DNA of 64,000 bases from Eledone cirrhosa (Eukaryota). The position numbers and the translations under genes are program-made. The notes under the pieces are model-generated. The model ran no database searches and had not been told where the DNA came from. It worked only from the letters and a program-made list of their open reading frames with translations. The stretch is taken from the NCBI GenBank assembly GCA_964016885.1, contig OZ024741.1:413044001-413108000 (forward strand), in the 5' to 3' direction. Every line of letters begins with the position of its first letter. The stretch's first letter is position 1. Positions 45,551 to 60,982 of the stretch are shown here, piece by piece.

Positions 45551-46427
45551 ATGTATGTATATGTATATGGGCTGTATGTATGTTTACATGTAGGAAAGTA
45601 AATATGTGAGCTAGCATGATTCCTCCCATCCCAAACCAATATCAAAAACATACATTGTTGAAGTTATTCTTTATAAATATAAGATAGTTGATTCAGCTAT
45701 AAGAAAATAATTTCAAAAAACATCCTGGTTAATACATGTTTAATTATGTTTTAATTATAATTTCGTTGCTGTTTGTTAAAATATATAGACATGTATATAA
45801 TGTAAAATAAAATTGAAAGGCCCATATGTGTGCGTGTGTGTGTGTGTGTGTATATATATATATGTGTGTGTATATATATGTATATATGGGTGTCTGTGAC
45901 CTATGTACACTGGTCACAGACACATATATACACACAGTTTCCTTCTCTGTCTCCTCTTTCTCTCTCTGTCTCTCTTTCAATCTACTCTCTCACAACCACT
46001 ATCTCTATCTCTCTATCTTTCTCTATATTTATGAAAGTACCCGGTAAAACCCTGTATCTCAGGAACCCGTACTCTGGTTTATGCAAAACTTGTTTTATTC
46101 CATTTGTATTCCCATTTCAGAGGCAACTTCCTTTAAAAGTATTTTCCAATTATGCGCCCTTTAGTCTGTATTAAATTATAGACAAGCACACAATCACAGT
46201 TTCAGTAGTATACAGATAGATAGATATATTCAAAATAAACAAACACCACGCCACCACCATCACATATTTTAAACTCTTCTCAAGTAATTCAACAACAGCA
46301 GCACACCACCAAATAAAAGAAAGATCTCCCCCACACCCCAGGGGTTCAAAAGGTGGGGAAGGGGATGGAGAACTTTGTCGTTATTTACATGAAAACATTT
46401 GTTGTTTCAAAGTAAAAAATATTGTAG

Positions 46428-46800
46428 TAGGATATAGAGACGGAGAGAGAATTTAGTGGTCTAATGAGAGAGAAGGAATTGGGAGAGAGAGTGGGGTATG
46501 AAGTGGGATATAGAGAGTGGGAGAAAATTTGTTGGTTTAGTGAGAGAGGGGGAATTAAGAGAATGAAAGAATGTCAGTGGATTATTGAGAGTGGGAGAGA
46601 ATTTGGTGGTCTAGTGAGAGAGGGGGAATTCTGAGAGAGTGGCGTATGTAATGGGATATAGAGAAGGAGAGTGTTTTGAGGTTTAGTGAGAGAGGGGGAA
46701 TTGTGAGAGGGCGAGGTATGTAGTCGGATATAAAGAGGGGGAAAGGGTTTGGTGGTTTAGCGAGAGAGGGAGAATGTTGATCCAGTGAAAGAGACTGAGG
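46428..46800 (+). repeat. Purine-rich ~60-65-bp diverged minisatellite, ~6 copies
   Basis: Recurrent GGATATAGAGA...AATTTG.TGGT(T/C)TAGTGAGAGAGGGGGAATT. Confidence 0.75.
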
Positions 46801-46901
46801 CATGTTAATATATATATATGTGGTGTTTATTTATATATACTTGTGTGTGTTTATATATATGTGTATTTATATGCGTATATGTGTGTGTGCCTGTGTGTAT
46901 T

Positions 46902-46939
<38 letters not shown>

Positions 46940-47039
46940 CGTGTTTTTGTTTGTATATATATAGATGTGTGTGTGTGTATTTGTATATATATATATATAT
47001 GTGTGTATGTGTTTATATATGTATTTATGTGTGTGAAAT

Positions 47040-47345
47040 TGCGTGGTTAGGGTATCCAGCTCACAATAGTAAGATCGGAAGTTCGATTTCCAGCAGCCGC
47101 TTGTGTCCTTGAGCAAGACACTTTATTTCACGTTGCTCCAATCCATTCAGCTGGCAAAAATAAGTTGTACCTGTAATTCGAAGGATCAGCCATGTCACAC
47201 ACTGTGTCACACTGAATCTCCCTGAGAACTACGTAAAAAGTACGCGTGTCTGTGGAATGCTCAGCCATTTGCATGTTAATTTCTCGAATAGGTTGTTCCA
47301 TTGATAATATCAATTGGAACACTCGTCGTCGTAACCGACGGAGTA
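47040..47345 (+). mobile_element. tRNA-derived CORE-type SINE
   Basis: A-box-like GCGTGGTTAG, B-box GTTCGATTTC, CORE-like GTGTCCTTGAGCAAGACACTTTATTTCAC; same core at ~60575-60605 (minus). Confidence 0.7.
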
Positions 47346-47433
47346 AATCCATTTATATGCGTGTGTTTATATATGTGCATATGCTTGTGTGTTTATATAT
47401 ATATGTAGGTGACTGTGACCTATATACACTGGT

Positions 47434-47469
<36 letters not shown>

Positions 47470-47996
47470 CATACCCCCCCCCCCCAATATTCGCTATACA
47501 CATCCTGTCATAACAGAAGTTATATGATACATATTACTTAATATTCTGTCATTAAATTTTAACTATATACAGTAATGCTGTATTCAATTCTTTGAAGTCA
47601 CCTGTTATAATTTCATTCAACAACACCACCAGCTCTCTCTCTCTCGCTCTCGCTCTCTTCTCTTCTCTTTCTCTTCTCTGTCTCCTTCCAAAGAATTTTC
47701 CCATTATGCGCCGTTTTTGCTGTATTAAATTACAGACAAGACACGATCACAGAGGTTTAGTAGTATATAGATAGATTACAATTCACCAGTCATTCTCCAA
47801 GATGGACGACTGGCTGTTTTTTTTCCTCCCCAATTTTTTTTCTCATTTTCCCTGTTCCTTCCTCTCATCATCCATGAAGGACTAAGACTCTCTTCCTGCT
47901 ATTTTAAGCGTTAAACTAATATATTTAATCTAAGTACCGTGCCATTTGTTTTGTTATTCTTATTATTACTTTTGCGTACACACATATATATATGAG

Positions 47997-48343
47997 ATAA
48001 TGGTAGTTAAGACGGGGTTAAATCACCATAATTGTTTATTGCGTTATATATATTTTTGTTACATGGTTATTCATGTGACGTCATCGGATTCTTATGCAAT
48101 CATTGGTGCAGTTATACAATCATTGTGATATGTTGGTGGCCATCCACGACCATCCGGTGGTGACGTAGATCGGTATCAACAGTTATGTTTATTTAACCCC
48201 GTCTTAACTACTATTATTTGATAAATGAATACTCCGTCACTCAATATCCCCTACCTAGGATAAACTACTGACGCGGAGTGCTTTTGTTGCTAGGACCAGC
48301 TTATCATCAGGAAGTTACTAGGTAACAATTAAGATAAACTACA

Positions 48344-48345
<2 letters not shown>
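47997..48345 (-). mobile_element. Non-coding PLE-like element with inverted repeat and degenerate hammerhead
   Basis: Inverted repeat 47997-48023 / 48191-48217; minus strand has CUGAUGA (48304-48310), a GUC site, distal stem UACCUAG/CUAGGUA and downstream ATTGAG; GAAA is mutated. Confidence 0.4.
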
Positions 48346-48372
<27 letters not shown>

Positions 48373-48377
<5 letters not shown>

Positions 48378-48567
48378 AACAAGTAAGACCCCGACGGCTG
48401 AGCTCAAGCCGTTTCGACGGCTAATTCTGGACAGAATTAGCCGTCGAAACGGCTTGAGCTCAGCCGTCGGGGTCTTATTTGTTCCTATTACCCACTCTAC
48501 TACCCTAAGTATTGAGTACTTTGGTGCGTTATGGTCCACCTGGTTCCTTACCACATTTCCTTCGTTA
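48373..48567 (+). mobile_element. Fold-back PLE-type stub carrying the 3' half of a hammerhead
   Basis: 116-bp near-perfect palindrome 48373-48488 centred at 48430/48431; GAAA-CGGCU(UGAGCUC)AGCCG-UC^GGGGUC at 48446-48474. Confidence 0.75.
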
Positions 48568-48784
48568 TATATATATATATATACATACACACACACTCAC
48601 ATACACCCTATACGCCCTTTGCCCCATTACCCTCCCCTCCTCCTTCTTCTGTTACCGCAGAGCCCGTGCACTTCACTTCATTTTCCGTTTTAAAACATCT
48701 GTAGTGTTGTTATTTGAAATAGATTTATTTATTGCTAGGAACATTATAAATACAATACACAGAATATACAATCAATGCGATATA

Positions 48785-49647
48785 CGAGGTGTGTCAGAAA
48801 AGTTCCAGGACTGATGTCACAAAAGATTTATTTCAAACCCAAACTTCACACTAAGAGTTTTCTCCTTCAAAGTAATCCCCCTGGAGTCTAATGCACTTTT
48901 CCATCCTTTTCTGCCATGCTTGCATGCACTCCTGGAAGGATTCTTCCGGGATCCTCCGCAGTTCCGTCATCACAGCCTTTTTGATGTCATCCACGTCTTC
49001 AAAACGGGTCCCCTCCGGGTTGTACTCAAAGATCCATGACTCATCACCGGTGATGACTGTCCCTAGCAAGTATGATTCGGTTTCAAGACGCTCGAGGATG
49101 TCCTGGCACACTTGCATGCGTTGACCCTTCAGGTCATCGTTCAGCAGTTTTGGCACCATCTTCGCACAGACTTTCCGTATGTCCAAATCTTCAGTGAGAA
49201 TCTTCCAGATGCTGTCCCGATTCATGCCCAGCTCATTTGCCATCAGTTGAACAGTCAGCCTGACGCGCTCAACCGTTGACCTCAGTCCCGGTGGTTGAGG
49301 ACCTTCCGCTCCTGGGGTCATCTTGCACCACTCAAAAACACGTGAGCATGACATCGTCTCATCTCCATACACTTGCTGCAACAATCCCAGTGCTTCTGAC
49401 GGAGTTTTCCCCAACCGTACCAGAAACTTCAAGTTTGTTCGTTGCTCTGTGCTCATTGCTTGACGACCTGAAACAGAGGACATGTATATAAAATTATGAA
49501 GAAAAAAGTTTGATCGCTGCAGAGAGCTAAGATTACAGTTACATACTCCAGAGGGATTACTTTGAAGGAGAAAACTCTTAGTGTCAAGTTTGGGTTTAAA
49601 ATAAATCTTTTGTGACATCAGTCCTGGAACTTTTCTGACACACCTCG
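48785..49647 (-). mobile_element. Internally deleted mariner (Tc1/mariner) DNA transposon with 103-bp inverted repeats
   Basis: TA|CGAGGTGTGTCAGAAAAG...CTTTTCTGACACACCTCG|TA; arms 48785-48887 / 49545-49647. Confidence 0.92.
48851..49456 (-). pseudogene. mariner transposase remnant
   Basis: MSTEQRTNLKFLVRLGKTPSEA...VFEW; KVCAKMVPKLL; VITGDESWIFEYNPE fused directly to GTRFEDVDDIK...GDYFE, so the second and third catalytic Asp region is deleted. Confidence 0.9.
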
Positions 49648-49711
49648 TATATATATATATACATATATACACATATATATATTAGAGAGTGAACAACACA
49701 AAATATAACTA

Positions 49712-49777
49712 CTCCATTACCAAAGGTTTCTGGATCACAGACAATAATAATATGTCTGGATCGGCCATCAGATAGAA
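49712..49777 (-). ncRNA. Degenerate hammerhead in a short (TA)n-flanked stub (~49683-49840)
   Basis: Minus strand: UUCUAU-CUGAUGG-ccGAUCCAGACA...UGUCUG.GAUCca-GAAA-CCUUUGG-UA^AUGGAG; A9G change and mismatches at the base of stem II. Confidence 0.5.
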
Positions 49778-49835
49778 ATGTTATAGATAAAAAATATGAA
49801 ATGAAATTTAAAATCTGTTAAAAATTGGAAGTGGG

Positions 49836-49862
<27 letters not shown>

Positions 49863-49867
<5 letters not shown>

Positions 49868-50757
49868 CATAAAACATGTCTATAGAATCACAAGATAAAA
49901 TATATACTATTTCCTCTCCCAATTAGCATAATTAACTATATAAAAAATCGAATAGACCAGGCTATACGAATGAGACATCTATAGACATGTTTTATGATAT
50001 ATAGCTCTGATTGTTTAATTTATTAATTCTTCATTGAGCCACAAAGTGACCAGTTGCAAAACACGTATATGTATGTGTATGTATATATATATGTAAACTT
50101 TTATATGTAATAATCTCCCACTAGGTTGAGATACAAATTTGGCTGTATTGTGCTGTGTTTTCTAGCAAAAATGCCACCAGTCGTAAGCAACTACCACACC
50201 CCTTCCAACTTGACCGCGACTACGTCACGATTTTTAGCCATTTTGAAATGAATTCTTGGCGCGATCGCTTTGGAAAATTTAATGTCTAGATATGAGCGAG
50301 CTTCCTGAAGAATCCGGCGCTCGAGTTTATATAATTATTACATAATTATTGGAAAACTCAAAACACGGACGAAACCATGGTAGAGGTATTTAAATGTATT
50401 CTATTTTCTCCTAGTTTATTTTAAACTTAATTCTGTTTAGTTGACTGTATCTAGGCGATTACGCTGTCGAAATATTCGATAAATATTCCGCTACGGCCGA
50501 CGCGAAGCGCTAATTTTGGTTATTTGTCGGAGATTCCTTCATAGAAGCCTCATTCGTATAGCCTGGTCTATTCGATTTTTTATATAGTTAATTATGCTAA
50601 TTGGGAAAGGAAATAGTATATATTTTATCTTGTGATTCTATAGACATTTTTTAATGATATATAGCTCTGATTGTTTAATTTATTAATTCTTCATTGAGCC
50701 ACAAAGTGACCAGTTGCAAAACACGTATTTGTATGTGTATGTATATATATATGTAAA

Positions 50758-50766
<9 letters not shown>
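49863..50766 (+). mobile_element. ORF-less hammerhead element: 660-bp unit with ~128-bp terminal direct repeat and inverted 5' piece
   Basis: 49978-50106 repeats as 50638-50766 (direct); 49863-49974 is the reverse complement of ~50549-50662; flanked by (TA)n. Confidence 0.75.
50300..50387 (+). ncRNA. Type I hammerhead ribozyme with extended stem II
   Basis: GCUUC-CUGAAGA-A.UCCG...GAGUUU...AAACUC...CGGA.C-GAAA-CCAUGG-UA^GAGGU; palindromic stem III ACCAUGGU; A-C mismatch at the base of stem II. Confidence 0.7.
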
Positions 50767-50799
<33 letters not shown>

Positions 50800-50802
<3 letters not shown>

Positions 50803-51475
50803 GTAGTCGAGGAATTTAGGAACAGTTTAGGTATGATACATTTTATTACTAATTATATCTAAATGTTTCTTCTCTCTTCATAATGTATTTTTAACTCTGA
50901 TACTGGTTCAGTCTGGTTCAAACTGAATTGGTCTGTCCCAGTCATTCATTGAGCAACATCGGTGAAGTTGGCACCCTTAACTCACAGTTGGGTGTGGATG
51001 CATTCATGTATATATGTGTGTGTCCGCATGTATCTGTGTGTTTCTAAATGTATTAATAACTCCCTCTGGTCGAGCAATCTTTGAAGTGTGGGGACAACTG
51101 GAAAGCTTCCATTACTCATACTTCTCGCCTTCTTCACTACCTCTTCTACGGCCTCGATATGAATACCCCCTCCGCCTCCGTGGTATTTTTTTCGTGGTTA
51201 TAAGAGGCTTAGCTCTGTTTCTCGACCGTTATATCGCGTGACTATCTCCCCCTCCGCCTTTTGGGATTCTTTCTCACGTCGTGTAGACGCGTTCTTGAGA
51301 CTAGTAAAATGAGGTATCCTCTTGATAAGTCGGCAGACCTCGCAAGGACTCTATATCTTTGATATATTGTTTTTGTTTATGCCACGAAACTACGTAGTCG
51401 AGGAATTTAGGAACAGTTTAGGTATGATACATTTTATTACTAATTATATCTAAATGTTTCTTCTCTCTTCATAAT

Positions 51476-51479
<4 letters not shown>
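50800..51479 (+). mobile_element. ORF-less hammerhead element: 591-bp unit with ~89-bp terminal direct repeat (retrozyme-like)
   Basis: 50800-50888 repeats as 51391-51479; the repeat begins inside the HHR stem III (TACGTAGTC^GAGGA); (TA)n on both sides. Confidence 0.75.
51317..51404 (+). ncRNA. Type I hammerhead ribozyme (UUGAUAA core variant)
   Basis: UCCUC-UUGAUAA-GU(C)GGCA...UGCCAC-GAAA-CUACGUAG-UC^GAGGA; U3:A8 covariation; palindromic stem III. Confidence 0.75.
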
Positions 51480-52178
<699 letters not shown>

Positions 52179-52331
52179 CTTTAGGTTATAAGTTTCTTCG
52201 TAACTAGAACTTCTAGCAATTAATATTTTATTACTGAATTAATCTTGTATAATTTTTGTATTATTTTTCTTAATATACTCTATTAATGTTATAATTGTTG
52301 TTACTTCAATTAATAAATATTATTAAAAATT

Positions 52332-52516
52332 GGTGGATTGGCAGTATCGGTAGAGGGTCGGACGCCATGCTTTGATGCATAGAGTTACGGCCCTTGCCAT
52401 TCTGAGTTCAAATCCCGCCGAGGTTAACTTTGCCTTTCATCCTTACGGGGTCGATAAAATAAAGTACCAGTAATACACTGAGTAATTGCTGGCCTTGTGC
52501 CAAAAAAGTAGAAACA
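52332..52516 (+). mobile_element. tRNA-derived SINE with Meta-like core, copy 1
   Basis: A-box-like TGGCAGTATCGG, B-box GAGTTCAAATCC, core GCCTTTCATCCTTACGGGGTCGATAAAATAAAGTACCAG; TSD ATTATTAAA(A/G)ATT at 52319-52331 / 52517-52529. Confidence 0.8.
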
Positions 52517-52815
52517 ATTATTAAAGATTAGTTATATTGCTATAACATTATTTTAGTGTGTAAATTCCAGCAAGGTAATTTTTAGTCAATACACGTTATA
52601 TATTGTATTACTAATAAATTTTAATTGCGTGTTTAGTCTTCCATAAAGTTTTAACGTTTTCGCAATTATTTTAATTTGTTTACATTCACTGGACATTCCG
52701 GTAAATAATTATCTTATGTTGTTTAACAGATTCGGAAGAATATAACAGAAGAAAAATATAACTATTTTCTTATTTTATTGATAGAAACATTTGTAAAAGA
52801 ATTCAATAATTTAAT

Positions 52816-53002
52816 TGTTTCTACTTTTTGGCACAAGGCCAGCAATTTCCAGTACATTACTGGTACTTTATTTTATCGACCCCGTAAGGATGAAAGGCAA
52901 AGTTAACCTCGACAGGATTTGAACTCGGATCAGAAAGGGGCGTAACTCTGTGCTACAAAGCATGTTGTCCGAGCCTCTACCGATACTGCCAAACCACCAC
53001 AC
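52816..53002 (-). mobile_element. Same SINE family, copy 2
   Basis: Reverse-complement homolog of copy 1; 21-bp TSD AAAAGAATTCAATAATTTAAT at 52795-52815 / 53003-53023. Confidence 0.85.
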
Positions 53003-53835
53003 AAAAGAATTCAATAATTTAATGTAATTTAATCCTGGTTATTATATATGTTCTGTGATATTGTAAAACTAGTGTGACTGGAAATATACTGATTGGGTTA
53101 AACTCGGAACTGTCTTTTACCTATCTTGCTCATGCTACTTTCAGAAGGATATATTCTTTTAATGTTGCAATATTAAAGAAAATGTAAAGGGGCTCGATTG
53201 TTCACCCCTTCCTTTACATTTTCTTTAATATTGCAACACTAAAAGAATATATCCTTCTGAAAGAATCGCAAGCAATTTATAATGTTATCTAAGTATTTGT
53301 AATATTATTTATGTATATATTTAAACATATTTGTTATGTTATTCTACTGTAAATTTATTTCTATGTTTGTGTTATCAACTTGTCTAAACTATTTTATATA
53401 ATGTGATTTTATAGTCCACAGCAAGATAGGTAAAAGACAGTTCAGAGTTTAATCGATTTAGTAAATTTCCAATCACAGTAGTTTTACAATATCACAGAGC
53501 ATATAAAATAACCAGGATTAAATTACATTAAATTATTTGATTTACGAACATCTCTATCAATACAGCAAGGTATTCCTTATTCTCTGTACTGATTTTTTTA
53601 GAACCATTAAACAGTCAGTGGCTCTTCTGGTCCCTCCTGGGATGTTGCGGTCAATGTGAGAGTTACTTCTTCCCTTGCTGAACAGAACAAAATCCGAAAA
53701 TACCAGGAATTATCAACCAATGTTGTAGATAACATAACAAATATGTTTTAAATATATACATAAATAACAGTAGAAAGGCGTAAATAACATTATAAATTGC
53801 TGGCAATTCGTTCAGAAGAACATTACAAATATAAT

Positions 53836-54007
53836 TGTTTCTACTTTTAGCACAAGGCCAAGAATTATCCCAGTGCATTACTGGTACATTATTTTAAGGA
53901 TGAAAGGCAAAGTTAACCTCGGCGCGATTTGAACTCAGAATGGCAAGGGCCGTGACTCTATGCATCAAAGCATGATGTCCGACCCTCTACCGATACTACC
54001 AATCCAC
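53836..54007 (-). mobile_element. Same SINE family, copy 3
   Basis: Reverse-complement homolog with a small internal deletion; TSD TACAAATATAAT at 53824-53835 / 54008-54019. Confidence 0.8.
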
Positions 54008-54796
54008 TACAAATATAATGTCGTTGATAAACACAAATATAAACACATAAAAGAGAGAAAAAACACAAAGAAGAAAAAGAAAAGGGGAAGCTAAAACCAA
54101 AATGGCCACCAGGTAACCGCTAACCTGTGGCATTTGACACATTTGGTGGTGATGCTCATGGGGGTGCTTGGTTATTTCAGTGCCTCAGCCACGCCATCAT
54201 CTGCTGTAATGCTGCTAGTATGTTTGCTTACCTCAAACATTTCCATTGACCCTTGTGATGTGTGATAGAGTGACACTTGGTGGTGAATTAATGGCTGTTA
54301 AAGTGTCTTTTTCTTTCTCTCATTTTAACCATATATTTTTGTAGATTATATTTGTGAGGATCCTAGCAATAATTAATTGTATTTATTAAATGGGTTTAAA
54401 AAACAGTTTTCTTCACAGTTGTAGAAATAAAATTACAAATTGTTCACAATTCTTTCAGAATTATATGTGTTTAGATTAAACAATATATATAACATATTTA
54501 CTTTCCATATAAGAGAACCCCATTTTAAAAAAATTTCTAATTGGAGATCTCTAATATTTAAGGTAAATATCATATATTTAATGATTCTGAACAAATCAGT
54601 ACAGAGATGAAGGAATACCTTACTGTATTGATAGAAACGTTTGTAAGTCAATTAAATAATTTCATGTAATTTAATCCTGGTTATTTTATTATTTAATATA
54701 TGTTCTGTGATTTTGTAAAAGATTGTGATTGGAAATTTACCGAATGGATTAAACTCTGAACTGTGTCTTGCCTATCTTGCTGTGGACTATAATATC

Positions 54797-54837
<41 letters not shown>

Positions 54838-54841
54838 ATTA

Positions 54842-58204
<3,363 letters not shown>

Positions 58205-58214
58205 TAAAATAAAA

Positions 58215-60250
58215 TAAAATAAATAAGTCAAATATTTAAAATTTTGCTTCGTTTATTACTGCTATATATATTTCGGTGACAGCCATCTTTGGCTGTGACC
58301 TCTTCAGGCAGTCCGAATTAGTGTGGTAGAGACGAGTCCACGTGTTGTTGAGGTGTTTAACTTCGTCAACACTCTGATATGCACAGTTCCTGGTTGCGTT
58401 GTTATTTCTCTGAGGAACTGGAATCATATGAATTCAAACAAATTTCAGCGTCAAAGGACACCCTCTCCCTCCATTGGTCAGTTGTGAGAACATTCCTCAG
58501 TCAAAAGTCTATAAAAATTCTTTCTAAGGCGAGGCAATCTGTAGTGGTTGTTTTTGTTATTGTTAAGTACATCTGACCTCTTCCCTTATGTTGGTTGTGG
58601 TGTTGGTGCTGGGGTCAACTTAAGTCCGGCTGCTGCTGATTTTAGAAGGATCTGTGTGTGTATGCTGGCATCTATCCTGCCACCATTTCTCGTGGTGATG
58701 GTGGTTGGGGGAGGGTTGTGCCAAGCATATGAAGAAATAAGATACAGTAAAAATAACAGGCAATAAAAATAAAATAAAATAGAAAATAAAAAAATGAAGA
58801 GAACAATAAAATGAAATAGAAAGGTAAAAGACTAAAAAAAAGAATAAAATAAAGAAATAAAACAGTAAAGTAGAGTAAAATAAAGAAATAAAAAAGTAAA
58901 GTAGAGTAAAATAAAATAAAATAAGATAAAGTAAAATAATATAAGCAAATAAATAAACAAACAAAAAAATGATAAAATGGTATAAGGAATAAGATGATAA
59001 AAGAATAAAATAAGAATAAGATAATCAAATGAAATGTGTGTGTGTGTTATAACCAATCTCAAAGTTAGAAAGATTTGGAAGATGTTGACAGAATTAGAAA
59101 GGCTGTGTCAGAATCACTCATTAGACTATCATGGTGTGGTGCGTTTTAAGAGCAAATGGGGCAAGGGTGGAGTGTACTACCCCATAACCCGAGTGTCAAA
59201 ATCCGGAAATGCAGAAGACTACAGTTCCCATTTTGGCATGGAGCTCATATGCGTGTATGTCCACTCACATCGTTCCAAGCACACACGCACAGGCATAGGC
59301 CTAGGTGCATCCCCAAAGCACCCCCACATACCCCCACCCATAATCACACACACACACACTCAAAATCCTTTTTCCATTTGTCCTCCCTATTGAAGGAATG
59401 GCAATGGTTATACCAATGGTCTTTAAAGCTCGTTGATGTGGCTCCTATGTAAAGGTGTTCAGAGTTGGGGTTTTTTACTCTACATCCGTATACTAGGTTC
59501 TTCCTAAGGCATTCATTACTAAGGGGGTATCATTCGGGGTTTCTGTAGTTGCAGAAGGCGGTCGACCTCTGCGTGCCTAGTGTGGGGTTCCCGTTACGTG
59601 TTATATGGTGGTCTATGGTGGGGGGGTCCCTGGGTCTGTTTGAGTTTCTTGGGTGGGCACTGGGTCCACCCTTCTTTCCTTCCACATGGTTCTGCTGGGT
59701 GCTTAAATTGCCAGTTTCTGGTTGTGTGTGGTTTTTTAAGTCTACTCCTGTTGATGTTAGCTATGTGTTGGGCCAGATTCCTCGTAGTAGAATACGAGAG
59801 CTTCACTGTGTCTGTTGAAGATCTTGTGGTATCTATGGTCCCTCGGGAAGCATTTATCAAGTACTCGAAAGAATGATCGAGCCAAGCTGTTCTTTAGGGC
59901 CGCTGAGTAGGGTGGGTTGTACCACATGATTTTTCTGCGTCTACTCCTATGCGGGTGGGTTGAGGACGCCGTGGGCTGTTGGGGAGTTGTTGGGTTGCTA
60001 GTGGTTCCCGTACTGTTGCTTCTCCTTTGGGCGCTGTGTCTTTTGCTACCTTCTCGGCTCGAATCTGTGGGGTGGTTGTTGCCTGCACTGGGAGCTCCAC
60101 GATGGGATGGTCCCCCGTCACTCCACCGACGTGTCTTGCGGTTGGGGGCGTCGGGCCCGGGGTGGTTGGTATCACCCCTGATACTGCTACTCGTATTGGG
60201 TTTCCTCCCATGGTTATGCGTACTCGTCATGTGGTGGTGTCGGGCTCATG
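58215..60250 (-). mobile_element. Penelope-like element retaining only WYNPP linker + GIY-YIG remnants, with 3' hammerhead
   Basis: RKIMWYNPPYS...FP..H.YHKIFN, KLSYSTTRNL, then (hand-translated 59545-59380) CNYRNPE*YPLSNECLRKNLVYGCRV...YIGATSTSFK.HWYNH..SF. Confidence 0.8.
58258..58312 (-). ncRNA. Type I hammerhead ribozyme
   Basis: Minus strand: ACUGC-CUGAAGA-GGU(C)ACAGCCA(AAGA)UGGCUGU(C)ACC-GAAA-UAUAUA-UA^GCAGU; perfect 5-bp stem I. Confidence 0.85.
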
Positions 60251-60368
60251 GTATATATATATATATATTTATGTAATAAACAACATAAGATAATTATTAA
60301 CTATTAATCTCTGTAACCTACAGAGAGCACTCTTTTTTCCTGGACCTTTCCGACGGAATTACTTCATT

Positions 60369-60400
<32 letters not shown>

Positions 60401-60401
<1 letters not shown>

Positions 60402-60452
60402 CCATGCAAGCGTGGAAGATGGACGTTAAACGATGATGATGATGATGATGAT
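60401..60452 (+). mobile_element. RTE-type 3' tail stub
   Basis: CCATGCAAGCGTGGAAGATGGACGTTAAAC(GAT)n. Confidence 0.6.
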
Positions 60453-60465
60453 ATATATATATATA

Positions 60466-60687
60466 GTATAGGAGTCGATCGACTTTCGTCAAATCGGACC
60501 GAGGGAACAATGTTTCCGTTGGTCTTTCCAATTGCTAATACTATCTATCGGTCGCAACTCCAGGTAGAAGGAGCAACGTGAAATAAAGTGTCTTGCCCAA
60601 GGACATAACGCATCACCTGGTCCAGGAATCGAACTCACAACCTTATGATTGTGAATCCAATTCTCTAACCACTCAGCCACACGCCTT

Positions 60688-60690
<3 letters not shown>
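60466..60690 (-). mobile_element. tRNA-derived CORE-type SINE
   Basis: Minus strand: GGCGTGTGGCTGAGTGGTTAG (A box), GAGTTCGATTCC (B box), GTCCTTGGGCAAGACACTTTATTTCAC. Confidence 0.75.
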
Positions 60691-60781
<91 letters not shown>

Positions 60782-60911
60782 TATGTAGGAGGTGAGTTTT
60801 ATTGAAAGTACAATAAAGCAATGCAGCTATCGGATAAGTAGCACTCTATAGTTTGTAGGACTGGAGTATAAATAATATATAAGATCAAAAGATGGTTAAA
60901 AGAGTTCCATG

Positions 60912-60982
60912 TATTTTATTATGCGCATTTCAAAAACAAATATCATCATGCGATGACATTTGCGTTTTCGTCAGATAAAATA
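60912..60982 (-). ncRNA. Type I hammerhead ribozyme
   Basis: Minus strand: UAUUUUAU-CUGACGA-AAA(C)GCAAAUGUCAUCG..UGAUGAUAUUUGU(U)UUU-GAAA-UGCGCA-UA^AUAAAAUA; perfect 8-bp stem I; palindromic stem III. Confidence 0.85.

Noticed and set aside
53605-54260. Possible minus-strand host exons (donor GAG|GTAAGC near 54231; acceptor TTCAG| near 53678)
   Set aside because: Joining them gives only MEMFEQGKK*, with no recognisable homology; cannot be supported without RNA data.
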